Assembly (NCBI RefSeq): GCF_006345805.1
Contig: NW_021835974.1
Coordinates: forward strand, 6,000-69,999
Source: Octopus sinensis
Taxonomy: Eukaryota
DNA length: 64,000 nucleotides
Direction: 5' to 3'
The stretch's first letter is position 1, and each line of letters starts with the position of its first letter. Position numbers and translations under genes: made by a program. Shown in pieces: positions 39,608 to 52,929 of the stretch. The notes under the pieces are model-generated. The model saw nothing but the letters and a program-made list of their open reading frames with translations, did no database searches and was not told the origin of the DNA.

Positions 39608-39839
39608 TATTTCTTTACTACCCACAAGGGGCTAAACACAGAGAGAACAAACAAGGACAGACAAACGGATTAAGTCGATTACATTGACCCCCAGTGCGTA
39701 GCTGGTACTTAATTTATCAACCCCGAAAGGATGAAAGGCAAAGTCGACCTCGGCGGAATTTGAACTCAGAACGTAACGGCAGACGAAATACGGCTACGCA
39801 TTTCGCCCGGCGTGTTAACGTTTCTGCCAGCTCGCCGCC
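39608..39839 (-). mobile_element. SINE family A, full length with 19-bp TSD
   Basis: TSD TTCATATCTT(G/A)CAACTACC at 39589-39607 and 39840-39858. Confidence 0.93.
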
Positions 39840-41399
39840 TTCATATCTTACAACTACCATCCTCAAAAGATGCACACTTATAGCCATTACTTAGCATTTA
39901 GTGTAAAATTTACTCGTCCTTCATTTGAATCTTACTTACAATGTAAACACGATTTCTTTTGGCTGTTATTCGTTATCTTTTCTTTTTTTTCTTTTTTTGC
40001 AACAGAGAGAAGGCTTCCGGCAATGTATATTTTCTCTTGGTATAATAATTTCTAAAAAAAGAAAAGCATCATATTTCTTTTCCTCCAATTATTTTTGATA
40101 TTTAATTTAATTTTGGCTTCAATATTTAAATGAAGCTGAAATTTAATTAAATGATAAAAATAATTACAGCAAAAGGAATATATTTTTTAAGTATTTTACC
40201 AAAGGGGGAGAAATTAACATTACCGCAAGCCTTGTCTCCCTTGTGTAGAAAAAAACCGAACAGGTTAGAAGATGACGTCACACACACAAATGTGTGTGTA
40301 CGTAAGTGTTGTGGGGGGGGGGGTTGTGCACGCATGTATGTATGCGGGTGTATATATCACATAGGAAAATCAAAAATAAAAACAAAAACAGGAAAAAACA
40401 ACAAAAGTTAAAAGGACCAAACAATGAATGTATTAGATTGGCGCTCAGAAAAAAGTTTAAGACGACAAAAAGAGGGTGTGGTGACGTTCCGAGCATGGAT
40501 CTTCGTGAGAAAGATGAAAGAGGGAAAAACGAGGAGAGAAGGAAAAAAAGCCGCGCGGTCGGAATGAACCTGAAAACTTAGTGTTTGCAAAGTGGTTTTC
40601 TTAACCATACAACCATGCATGCACCTGTGTAGAACAAATGATTTCATTGTTTCTGGACACCGACCTTTTGAAATTTATGCTGTCATTATGTACAATCGTG
40701 CATTCATTATCCGCAACGATAAAAAACAAAACTTGGTGTTAGATATCACACTCCAGAGAAGTTTACAGAAAATATCAATATGGATAATAATACTCTGGGA
40801 AATATCGAATTCACACAGACGAAGGGATTAATTTAAATTGTCGAGATATGATTGTGAAAGCACATCGAGGAAGGAAATGTCTTGTAATTGATATATCAAT
40901 CCCAACAGACAACGATATATCTCTGAAGGAAACGAAGAAACCATCTGACTATAAAGACTGTGAATAGAAATATTCAGAATATGGGAATTGAAGACATTCC
41001 ACATTGTAATAGGTGCCTGGGGGATGGAACGCAAAGAAACGTGGACAAATTTATAATAGAAACACAGTAGAGACAGTGTATAAATAATTAGATAATTAAC
41101 TAATTAGAGTAAAGACACTGTATGAATAATTAATTATTTTGAGCCCAAGGCTAGAAATATGAAGTTCAAGTCGTGGGTGTTTGGATCTTGCAGTATATTA
41201 ACAGAGCTTACTTTATCCACCCGGACGAAAAAAATGTCAAATTGGCTCAGACGTAAATTAAAATTGGAGATATTAAGGGAAAACGAATAAAACAAACTAC
41301 TTGTATGGTTGTAATCATTCACGGCTGCATGAAGATACATACATACATGCATATATATATATATATATATATATAAAGCCTGCCATTTATGATACGTTC

Positions 41400-41448
41400 A
41401 GGCTTGCTGAAGAGTACGTAAGTACGAAATCACAGGTGATACAAGTCT
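41400..41448 (+). ncRNA. Type I hammerhead ribozyme (copy 1)
   Basis: AGGCTTG-CTGAAGA-GTAC(GTAA)GTAC-GAAA-TCAC(AG)GTGA-TA-CAAGTCT: 7-bp stem I, GNRA-capped stem II and AUA triplet (cut after 41441). Confidence 0.85.
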
Positions 41449-41857
41449 ATATTTTTTTAAATGTCTTGCTTTGAAAGATTGCATTCGGTGGGATTAGTAA
41501 AATATTTGGTAGAAATGACTTTTTGTCCCTCTTAGCGTGTGGCATCTATGTATAATAAAGCCCTCTATATATAAATTAACATGTTCAATAAGAAAAAATT
41601 ATTTTCGAAATTTTTCTCTTATGAGGTTTTTCACGCTATCTACCTGATAATTTCTTATTAAGATTCCTTATTAAGAAGTTGTCCTTAATTGCTAAATAAT
41701 TTTATTCCGAAAAAACTTTTCCTATCCGAAATGCAATTCGAAGAAGCTTGCCATTTACCGGATGTAATATATGTAAACTCCCCCATGTGCTTCGTTGACG
41801 TTGAACAGTTAGCTGCTTGGCTTCGACGAGACAGGGTCGTTTATTTATGATACGTTC

Positions 41858-41905
41858 AGGCTGCTGAAGAGTACGTAAGTACGAAATCACAGGTGATACA
41901 AGTCT
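41858..41905 (+). ncRNA. Type I hammerhead ribozyme (copy 2, one T missing in the stem I 5' strand)
   Basis: Same core and stems II/III as copy 1, with the cut after 41898. Confidence 0.78.
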
Positions 41906-42028
41906 ATATTTTTTTTAAATGTCTTGCTTTGAAAGATTGCATTCGGTGGGATTAGTAAAATTTTTGGTAGAAATGACTTTTTGTCCCTCTTAGCGTGTGG
42001 CATCTATGTATAATAATGCCCTCTATAT

Positions 42029-42063
<35 letters not shown>

Positions 42064-42065
<2 letters not shown>

Positions 42066-42449
42066 CAAAAACAATTAAGATTCAAGTGAATTCCAATGAA
42101 TTCAATTGAATATGGTACTTAACTTAGATGCACCAGAATCAATTATGGCATTAACCATAAAATAATGTGGGGTGATTATACCCAAGAAAAAAGCAACAAG
42201 AATGGATTAGTAGTTTAGTACAATTGTTTCATACTAAGAACAATTTTATTTGAAGCTGCAAATATTGCAGCAAATACAAATGTCCAGTATTCATCAGCTA
42301 AATCCCATATATGTTTTCCAGACATCCTAGAGAGTTATGAATACTGGACATTTGTATTTGCTGCAATATTTGCAGCTTCAAATAAAATTGTTCTTAGTAT
42401 GAAACAATTGTACTAAATACTAATCCGTTCTGTTGCTTTTTCTCGTGGG

Positions 42450-42453
<4 letters not shown>
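42064..42453 (-). mobile_element. Penelope-like terminal repeat with inverted truncated copy, in (TA)n
   Basis: ~110-bp inverted repeat (42185-42294 versus 42337-42443). Flanked by (TA)n on both sides. Confidence 0.7.
42214..42302 (-). ncRNA. Type I hammerhead ribozyme motif with long stem II
   Basis: Minus strand reads TTTAG-CTGATGA-ATACT...AGTAT-GAAAC-AATT-GTA-CTAAA, with palindromic helix III ACAATTGT and a GUA triplet. Confidence 0.75.
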
Positions 42454-42535
<82 letters not shown>

Positions 42536-43057
42536 CACATACATATATACATACATCTTAGGGTTCAGAAAAATTGCTTCATCACATACCGAATTTTAGA
42601 AATAGCAGTTAAATACTATTCTACTACCATAAGATATCTCCCAGACAGCTGTCTGTTGATTGAGTGTTAACCAACACAGACACAAGCGAAATTTTCCGGA
42701 TAAAGAACTGTATTCACACGAATTTAATGAACGTCAATATGTATGTATGTATACATGTTTGTATGTACATATGTATGCATCTACATCTGTTTGTATGTGT
42801 GTATGTATGTATATATGTATATATATATATATATATATATTATGTATGTATGTATGTATGTATGTATGTATGTATGTATGTATGTATGTATGTATGTATG
42901 TTTGTACATGTATCTATGTAAGTATATACTTATATAAGCATTCACCATGATAAATCGCTAGCCACTATACATTCTTTATTTTTTCTCCTTGTTTCTTTCT
43001 GTATTCCCTTCTGTGGAAGAGCGTAGGCTCGAAACGTTAAAGCCTTTTTCACTTATG

Positions 43058-43525
43058 TCATTGTTTAGTTTTATTTGAAGATTTCTTGCCAAAAGAGAAA
43101 GTGTCGGTTTCTAACGTAGATTCAAGGCTCCTTCATTGTAATTTCAACATCAACAGCAAAGCATTTTTATCTGTATATATGTATGTATATGTGTAGATTT
43201 TTATGTTTCGCTTTATGTATGTCTTCTCATGCATATACTTGCATATCTAGACATGCTCATATATACTTAAATGTTAAACGTCTGGAAAGTTTTACAGATT
43301 TTTACAGTTCCAGTGATAGATTGGATCTGTAGTCTTCGAATTAACTTTCTCCTTTCTGGTTTTGATAAGCCTAATTTCTCAAAATTTGTATTTAGGCAGT
43401 GTGTTACATATCCAAAGGGGCCCTGATAATTACAGGTATAAACCTGAACTTGTAACCTGGATAGAGTAACTGTAGATTTCTCAATAGTTCAGCATAGATG
43501 CTATCTTTTTCACTGATCTTCAGCT
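43058..43525 (-). mobile_element. R4/Dong-like retrotransposon 3' end (5'-truncated)
   Basis: Clearly homologous to 26015-26485 (same 3' UTR and C-terminal coding segment). Confidence 0.85.
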
Positions 43526-43748
43526 ATTAGCATATGTGTGTATCTGTATGTGTTTGTCCCCCACTCCCACCACCACCACCAATTGACAACCTGTGTTGGT
43601 TTGTTCACAGACCGTAACTTAGCGGTTTCAGCAAAACTGAGCGATAAAATATGTACCAAACTTCGAAAATCAAGTACTGAGGTTACCGGGGTCGATTTTT
43701 CCGAACAACTGATACAAATAAAAAGATATATGTATGCATGTATGTGTA

Positions 43749-43846
<98 letters not shown>

Positions 43847-44203
43847 GTTAATCCAAGAAAGCACCAAAAACAAGAAAGCACAAAAAAACACAAGAAAGCA
43901 CAAGCAAGAAAGCACAAAAAAACACAACAACGCGAGGACGTGGAACAAATATAGTATTATTGGACGCTCAGGAAAGAAGGAAAGAAGGAGGGTTTAACGT
44001 TTCGAGCGGAGCTCTTCGTCGGAACATAAGAGAAGGAAAGATCCAGAGAAGGGAAGACAGAGGAAAAAAATCGCCAACGGTACACACGCGGTCACATTTT
44101 GTATATATATATATATTAAATATGTATATATATATATATATAATATATATTTGCATACATGTATATATACATACATATATGCATATATATATATATATAT
44201 ATA

Positions 44204-44247
<44 letters not shown>

Positions 44248-44707
44248 TGCGTATGTATATAAAGAGACACATGCATATATGTTTACTGTCACCAACAGTA
44301 AACAACATGAAATAGGAAAGCAAATGAGTTCAATACGCAAACAACGAGAGAAAAAAAATGGAAGACGGGACAAGTTACACAAAGAGCAACCTGTCATCAG
44401 TTGTCGACTGTCTATCTACTCCTCATTTCGAGCATTGTACGACAAAATGAGTCTTCGAAGCCAGCTATTCCCATAAATACCAAGATAATATTTTGGATTT
44501 ATGGAGGGTCAAAATTGGGAACAAAATAAGGACAGTGGAGACATACAAGGAAACCGAACGAAAACACAAGAAAGGTCGTTAGACCAGACCGAGGGTGAAA
44601 TTTGTTCGAGTAAAGGCGGTGCTCCAGCATGAACGCAGTCAAAATGACTGAGACAAGAAAAAGAGATAAAAGAAATAAAATAAATATGTATATATATATA
44701 TATATAT

Positions 44708-45115
44708 GGCGCAGGAGTGGCTGTGTGGTAAGTAGCTTGTTTACCAACCACATGGTTCCGGGTTCAGTCCCACTGCGTGGCACCTTGGGTAAGTGTCTTC
44801 TACTATAGCCTTGGGCCGACCAAAGTATTGTGAGTGGATTTGGTAGACGGAGACTGAAAGAAGCCTGTCGTATATATGTATATATATATGTATGTGCGTG
44901 TATGTTTGTGTGTCTGTGTTTGTCCCCCTAGCATTGCTTGACAACTGATGCTGGTGTGTTTATGTCCCCGTTACTTAGCGGTTCGGCAAAAGAGACCGAT
45001 AGAATAAGTACTGGGCTTACAAAGAATAAGTCCCTGGGTCGAGTTTCTCGATTAAAGGCGGTGCACCAGCATGGCCGCAGTCAAAATGACTGAAACAAGT
45101 AAAAAGAGAAAAAGA
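44708..45115 (+). mobile_element. SINE family B, young full-length copy
   Basis: Head GGCGCAGGAGTGGCTGTGTGGTAAG, B box GGTTCAGTCCC, CORE-like GGCACCTTGGGTAAGTGTCTTCTACTATAGCC, and tail GACTGAAACAAGTAAAAAGAG. Confidence 0.93.
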
Positions 45116-45921
45116 GATATATATATAATATACATACATACATAGATAATTATATATTTTTATGTGTATGATTGTATCATATCGGCCATATTGCAACTAG
45201 AAATGTTTCTTCTTTCGTTCTTTCACATTTCGTTTTTCTTGACAAGATTTCACAAGAGTTTATTGCTGAAGATGATAGACAAGTCACACAGTCGCACAGA
45301 CAAACAGACAGAGATAAACAAGCAATAAAAATATAAAAACAGCAGTATCAACAACTGTAATGTACTAAGACAACAACAGCAACATCAACAATAAATAGCA
45401 ATTTACAATTCATATATAATAAACTTTGTAACAAAAACTTTCGTAATCATTTTTTTCTCTTTCTATATTTATTAGCTTCATGTTGTTTAATTGACTAGTT
45501 TTATATAATAAATAAAGAAAATGGTCTGATTTTATATCTGCGGCATTGGCATTCTGTCCTTTATTCTATCTTATATTTTTGAAATTTTTGGTAATTTTCT
45601 TTCTTTTTTTTATTTTGGTTTCGTTCGTGTTATTTTTTTTTTGTGTGTGTGTGTTTTTTTTATTTGATGTTTTCTGTCGTATGATATTTTTCCTTTCATT
45701 TTTTTTTGTTTTTGTTTTTTTTTTGTCCTTTCCTTCTTTATTTTGTTGTCTGTTGTGATATATCTTGTATGAATGTGTCTAAGTCCTTTCACTTCGGTTT
45801 CGCGCAACCACCCACCCACCCACCACACCCCGTTCTACTTCACCTCAATGCTTTCTGTCCAGTGTATACCTACCCACCCCTATCCCTTTACTTTGTTGTT
45901 TGTATTTTTGTAGTTTGACTG

Positions 45922-45960
<39 letters not shown>

Positions 45961-46044
45961 GAGAGAAGACAGTAAAGAGGAGAAACTAGAGTAAGAGTAA
46001 GAGAATGAGAGATACGAAAAGAAAAGCACATGAAAGAGAATAAG

Positions 46045-46199
<155 letters not shown>

Positions 46200-46226
46200 T
46201 GGCGAGAGTGAGAGATGGATAGACAG

Positions 46227-46257
<31 letters not shown>

Positions 46258-47770
46258 GAAAAACAGAGAGAGAGAGAGGGGGAAAGAGACAGAAAGAAGA
46301 GAGAGCGTGAGAGAATGAGATCTATAGAAAGTGATAGTGAGATATTGATACATAGAGAGAAACAGGGGAGGGAGAACCAGAATGAATGATCCTGAGAAAA
46401 CAAGAGAGAGAAAAATCAGAGACTGTGAAAGAAAAAGAAAACTCGTGAGAGACCGACGTACATATATATATATACACACACATATACATACGTACATACA
46501 TACATACATACGTACATACATACATACATACATACATACATACATACATACATACATACATACATACATACACACACATGTATTTATGTTTATGTATGTG
46601 AAAGAGACGGGAGAAAGGAGAGAGAGTGTGATATGGAGAGATCTGGAAATTTGTCTGAAGATCGTATCGGTTTCTTTGTACAGAAACCTCTAACATAGAC
46701 GAACCAACAGTTTCTTAACTTCTTTGATCTATTAACATACTGTTACAGATATTGAATGGCTTCAGCTTTAAATATGTTTGACCATTAGTCACCCTCTCAC
46801 TCTCTCACTCTCTCTTCTTCTCTGTCTCTGACTCTCTCTCCTTCTCTCTTCTCCTCTATCTCTATGACTTTCTCCCCCTTACTCTCTCGTGTCTCTGTTT
46901 CTCTCTCTCTCTCCGTCTCTCTCTTTCGCTCTCTTCTATTCAATCTGTCCAACAACTGACAAACTTTATTTTCATCGTCATCATAATCATCATCATCATC
47001 ATCGCCATGATAATAGTCATCATCATAATCATCAAATGATGATCGTCGTCGTCGTCATCGTTGTCGTCATCGTCGCTGTACTCATTGTAATCATAGTCGT
47101 CGTCAACGCCCTCATCACCATCATCATCATCATCAACACCACCATCATCATCATCGCTATCATCATCGTCGTCATCATCATCATCGTCATCATTATCATC
47201 ATCATCGTCATTATCATCTTCATACTCGTCGTCGTCATCGTCATCATCATCATCTTCATCTCCATCAACCCGCTTCGTCATCGTCCTCATCATCACTAAC
47301 GTCATCGTCATCATCATCATCACCATCATCACCATCATCATCATCATTAGTATCTAAATTGTTATTTGCTTGTTACATGTTTTTTTATTATATTTTTCAT
47401 TATATTTGTTTTTATTTTCCGACTGATTTTATTTGTTGTTGTTGATTTTTTTGTATTTTTACTTTTTGTGTTCTTTTGTATTTATTTTATTTTATTTTAT
47501 TTGTATTTCTCAAAGAAACGATTCCTGTTGCTAAAACAGACCAAACTCAAAGGACACACACAACAGATATATACGCACGTATATATACACACACACACAA
47601 CATGCACATGTATACAGACACACATGATACATACACCTACATATACGCTCAAAAAGAAACACAGACGTGCATGCGTGTGTGTGTTTATGTGTGTTTATAT
47701 ATATCTATATACACACACATATACATACATATATATATATATATATATATTATGTGTATGTATGTATATG

Positions 47771-47806
<36 letters not shown>

Positions 47807-47944
47807 TGCATGTATGTATGTATTATGTATGTATGTATGTATATATGCATACACATGTGCACATGCGCGCGCAGATACACAAATAAAGAAATAAACAAAT
47901 CAAACGGAGGAAATATAAAAGAAGAAAAATCTAAATAGAAATGA

Positions 47945-47980
<36 letters not shown>

Positions 47981-48719
47981 AGGTAAGGATGAATGGATGA
48001 ATGAAAGAGTGAATAGCTTTCCTTCAAACTGCAGTGAAGGACCTTATACCCTTATTCGGCTCATTTAATGATGCCATTGTGGGGTAAAAAAAAAAAAAAG
48101 CAAGATGACCTACCAACAAACAAATAAATAAATAAATAAATGATGATTAAAGGAAAACAAAAAAAAATATATATATATAAATAAAACTAGAACAAATAAA
48201 AGAAAATGTCTGCCTATCATTGATGTTATATTTTCATGAAAAAAAAAACTAACAGACAGACAATATTATGATGTAAAAAGACGTCGTGGTAGAGAGGCAG
48301 AAGAGGCGAGGGTGGCGGTGACGGCGACGGTGGGTGGGTGGGTGGGTGGTGGTGGTGGTGGTGTTGGTGGTATACGGATGTGGGTGATTTCACTATGGTT
48401 CTCAAATGAGCTCAGCTATGCTTCAAAACTAGCTGTGTGTGTGGCTGGCTTAAGTTTAGTTAGACACAAACTGTGTGGTAGATAGAGAGTTATTTCGGTT
48501 AAAGAGGGAGAAATGGGTTAAAACAGAGAGTGAGAGAGAGAGAATAAGAGAAAGAGAGAACGAGGAGAGGGAAAGAGAGAGAGAGAGAAGGCAAGGACAG
48601 AGAGAGAGAGAGAGACAGTAAAAGACAGAGATAGAGAAACAGCAAGTGAGAAAGAATGGGATGGATAGAGAAGGAGTAAAATAGAAAAACAGGCATTTCA
48701 AACGCAAGATATACATACA

Positions 48720-48755
<36 letters not shown>

Positions 48756-48780
48756 TGTATGTATGTATTATGTATGTATG

Positions 48781-48812
<32 letters not shown>

Positions 48813-48956
48813 TGTATATATAAACATATATATATATGTGTGTATATATATACATATATATACATATATATATATACTATATATATATATATATTATATA
48901 TACGTATACATATATATACGTTGCACACACACACACACACGCACACACACCACACA

Positions 48957-48987
<31 letters not shown>

Positions 48988-49361
48988 TGTAAAGCAGCTG
49001 ATTGAATGCGTGCAATGAAATATTTTCTGGATGATAGATAACTGAGATGTGATAAGTTTTTACTTAGTCACGCTGATGTGCGTGTGTGTGTGTGTGTGCG
49101 TGCGTGTGTGCGTGTGTGCGTGTGTGTAATGCATGTCCACGTATGAAAAATTAAAAGCGATCGAAGTTACTTCCCGACCCATAGACTCATAAGGCCAGTT
49201 TCCCGTAAGATCACCCATTCTTGCTAATTCTGCCTATCATTCTTCGGGAACGATAAAACAGGTACCCGTTGAGCACTGGGGTCGATATATTCCATTTATA
49301 CCCCTTTCCTCGAATTTGCCAAAGTTTGAAATCATGATTATTATTATCATTGCTGAATGAT

Positions 49362-50017
49362 TGACACCAGGGTACAGATATACGAAGCCCAATATACCCA
49401 TCATGACTACCCGTCTGTTACGGATTCATCAGGCACATGCATCACAACCATATGTACGCAACGTACGGCGAGCTGGCAGACTCGTTAGCACGCCGGGCGA
49501 AATGCGTAGCCGTATTTCGTCTGCCGTTACGTTCTGAGTTCAAATTCCGCCGAGGTCGTCTTTGCCTTTCATCCTTTCGGGGTCGATAAATTAAGTACCA
49601 GTTAGGCCCTGGGGTCGATGTAATCGACATAATCCGTTTGTCCCCTCTGTGTTTAGCCCCTTGTGGGCAGTAGTGAAATACATATGTACGCAACGTGGTG
49701 ACCTCATATTAAGGTAAACAGTGCATAACCTTGCAAGTGAGGGCCCAGTTAGAATTTTCTTGAAGTCGAGTAGCCCATCTTGCTCAAAAGGTCCCTGATT
49801 AAGTTTTGCTTAAAGATGACGAACGAAATACTCATGTTTCCAGAGGTGAATTATTCAAATCCCAAAGAATTCCTCTCAGTACATGGCTACGATCATTTCC
49901 CCGCTACTCCTGCTCGTGATCAGAGATGTATATATTGTCAGCCATTAAGAGGCATGTTCAACTGGTTAAGGTCAAATAACTGACAAGCAAATCTGTGGTA
50001 TTAAGTAGAATATTTGC
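49362..50017. mobile_element. Second copy of the 7406-7956 repeat, interrupted by SINE A (49465-49680)
   Basis: Collinear similarity to 7430-7852. The SINE is flanked by a perfect 16-bp TSD CATATGTACGCAACGT (49449-49464 and 49681-49696). Confidence 0.88.
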
Positions 50018-50033
50018 TTATTAGTATTGATAC

Positions 50034-51955
50034 TTGTACGTACTGTCACTCGAGTCACTGCTGCTGAAATTGGAATAGCTAAGGGGCATCCCTTTCGAAC
50101 TGGGACAAGGAAGGGCAGTGTCGATATATGCGGACGACCTCACCGTCATGGTATCGCACGCCTCCAAATTGGAGATGGTCGGCACCATCCTAAAGGAATA
50201 TAAGTCGGTTGCAGGAACTAAAATCAACGTTGACAAACCGGTGGGTTTACGGTTGGGGTCCTGGAGATGCAGGACGATGCCATCGGGCGGCGTCGTAGGA
50301 CACTGGACCGACGGGGCAGTTAGACTTTTCGGGGTCTGGTTAGGTCCCGACCTCCAGGTTGATAATAACTGGGACGAGGTGGCGAACAAGTTGGCCAGTC
50401 TTACTGAGAAATGAGCAATGCTTACATCGCCTCCGTTATCATTTATCGCTTGACCGTCGTGCCTTGTCCCAGTTACTACTTGACCAGGTAGGAGCGTCCC
50501 TTATTTAAATTCTTGAGGAAGAGACACGTTCAAATGGTCAGGCGGTCAGTCTGTTGCCAGCATCCTCTGAGTGGCGGATTAGGTATGCCGTGGTTCCTAA
50601 TGTGCAGCTACGCTCTTAGGTTACGCCACCTGCAACGATTTCTGGACGGTGAGCGTGTGTAGCTCAGTTTGAGAGGATCGTCTTTCCGCAGTTCGTCTCC
50701 TTGACGGAGCTGCAGTCCTTGGTGAAGAAAAGACCGGGACTGGGCGCCTGGCACCTAGAATGTCATCAGGCGCTTACAGACCTTTACCAGTCGGGAAATT
50801 GGATCGGTGGATGTTCCGCTTCAGAAATTTATAGAGGATTAGTGACGGGGAAGTGCGATGACGTCCTCGGGGAAGCTCTGGGCACCGACGAGAACGAACT
50901 GGCTAGTCTGTTCCGGAGAACTTTCTGGTCGGAAACTATCATGGATAATTTCTAGATATCATTTCTAGATACCGGGATAGGGGCGCTACCGGTTCGAGAT
51001 AACTCTACAGGCACGGACAGGTTGTCAGACGGGCTTGTCTGACGTACGCGCAGAGTGACGAAACCGTTCTGCAAGCCCTCGTTCAGTGTCCGGGCATTGC
51101 TAACTTATGGGTTTAGGTCGAACAGCTTTTGTCACGTTTGGCATGGATCCGTCTGTCGGCCGAGTCTGTAGTGATATTTCTTTATTACCCACAAGGGGCT
51201 AAACATAGAGGGGACAAACAAGGACAGATATAGGCACTAAGTCGATTACATCGACCCCAGTGCGTAACTGGTACTTAATTTATCGACCCCGAAAGGATGA
51301 AAGGCAAAGTCGACCTCGGCGGAATTTGAACTCACAACGTAACAGCAGCCGAAATACCGCTAAGCATTTCGCCCGATCGTACCGCCACCTTCCTTCAATC
51401 GGTCAGGCAAGGCAGTTTTCCTTTGCTTGGTAGCTGTGGTGAAAGAGGTTGTTTGATGGACAAGGCTGAAAGGTACGAGGACATATACATTCCCCTTTGG
51501 TAGAGCTCTCATTGACTTCTTCAAGTTTCACTTGAAAAAGGAAATTGAGAGGGAAGTGCTGTCCTCGAATGAGTTTACTGAAAGGTGGGGGAAAGTTGCG
51601 AAAATGGCAGGAGTGGATTGTATCTCTCTAAGTATAGACCTGTAAGTCGCAGAGAAGGAATTGGAGAGCACATTTGCTCTTGGGATTTCAGGGAAATCTC
51701 AGATAGTGGTGCTCCTCGATTATCCCCAGAGGCCTTCCTGATACAGGAAGGCCACATCTCTATCATCTTCCCCGCCACTTTTTTTAACCTTTCTATGCTA
51801 TGCACATGTCCCTTCTTTTTCAATGTAATGTATACCGTGTGTATACTTAATTTCTTTCTTTTTTATCATTTCATTATTATATATAAACCCCCACACTTTA
51901 TGCTTGTCTTTGTATTGTCCCCATCATCCTTCTCCCTTGTGGCAAATAAATGAAA
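50034..51955 (+). mobile_element. Tx1/L1-like LINE, 5'-truncated, degenerate RT and 3' UTR; SINE A inserted at 51174-51375 (minus)
   Basis: LYVLSLESLL...SIYADDLTVMV...GTKINVDK...RLFGVWLGPD (RT motifs around YADD) and a decayed C-terminal Zn knuckle near 51030-51090. Contains stops and frameshifts and ends CCCTTGTGGCAAATAAATGAA + (ATT)n. Confidence 0.85.
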
Positions 51956-51970
51956 TTATTATTATCATTG

Positions 51971-52002
<32 letters not shown>

Positions 52003-52929
52003 GGTGGTGGTGGTGGATGGCGGCGGCGGCGGTGGTGGTGCTGGTGGTGGTTTTGGTGGTTGTGGTGGTGGTGGTGGTGGTGGTGGTGGTGGTGGTGGTG
52101 GTGGTGGTGGTGGTGTTAGTACTGTTATCGACAAAGTGCTTTGCAACATTTCTTCCAGCTGAAACCTCTCGTTTCCTAATCAATAAACGTCACGTGACCT
52201 TCTTACTAAGTCACAAAATCAATATTTTCATCAACATTGCGTTTCAGTTAGTTTCACTTTCAATTGTCATCGGGTTTTCTCACTCTTTGATGTCTGAACG
52301 TAATATTTCGTAATAGATACCTTTACTTATAAACTGAAGGTAACTACGCTCTTATGCGGCGTGTCACAGTCAAGCTACGAACTTACAAGTCTCACTACCT
52401 CTCGCCTATGCTGTTTTATAGAGAGAGAGTATCGGATTACTTTTATAGGTCGTAAATAAACAAGGCGCTTCGCATTGTTTTAGATTTCGGATAATGCCAC
52501 CCCGCTGGCTAGTCGAACAGGCCCACAGTTCCCTCTGATCGGAAAGCTATTCCGTCGCCGGGTTATCCATTTATAGCTGAATGGAGTGGAGCGGAGTGAA
52601 ATGAAGTGTTATACTCAAGAATACAACGCGCCACCCGGTCTGGGAATCGAACCCACGATCGAGCGATCGTAAGCGTAACATCCTAATCACTAGGCTACGC
52701 ACCTTCACACACACACTCACACACACACACACTCACACACACACACACGCACGCACTTTCTTCTTAACAAAATACGAAATTGCAATATTTTCACTTATTT
52801 CAATGCCATGATTAGCGAAACGTGAAACCGGTCGACTATCACTATTTTATTCATTAAAGTATATTAAAAATATGTAAATTATGTGCATTTTCCTTCTTTT
52901 ATTAATATATATATATATGCACACACACA

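Larger units (their letters stand above)
41385..42036 (+). mobile_element. Retrozyme-like / non-autonomous Penelope-like element with ~190-bp direct terminal repeats
   Basis: Near-identical repeats at 41385-41577 and 41843-42036, each containing a hammerhead, with a non-coding ~265-bp interior and (TA)n on both flanks. Confidence 0.75.

Noticed and set aside
40408-40590. Possible minus-strand exon after a TTTTCAG acceptor near 40570
   Set aside because: No matching donor or recognisable peptide. It cannot be supported without transcript data.
44708-44780. tRNA genes at SINE heads
   Set aside because: A and B boxes are present, but they run into SINE bodies and I could not build a proper cloverleaf.
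46650-46695. CTGAAGA...GAAAC hammerhead-like spacing (similar cases near 33740, 35662, 38465, 54762)
   Set aside because: Stem I or II, or the GAAA/UH elements, cannot be formed.
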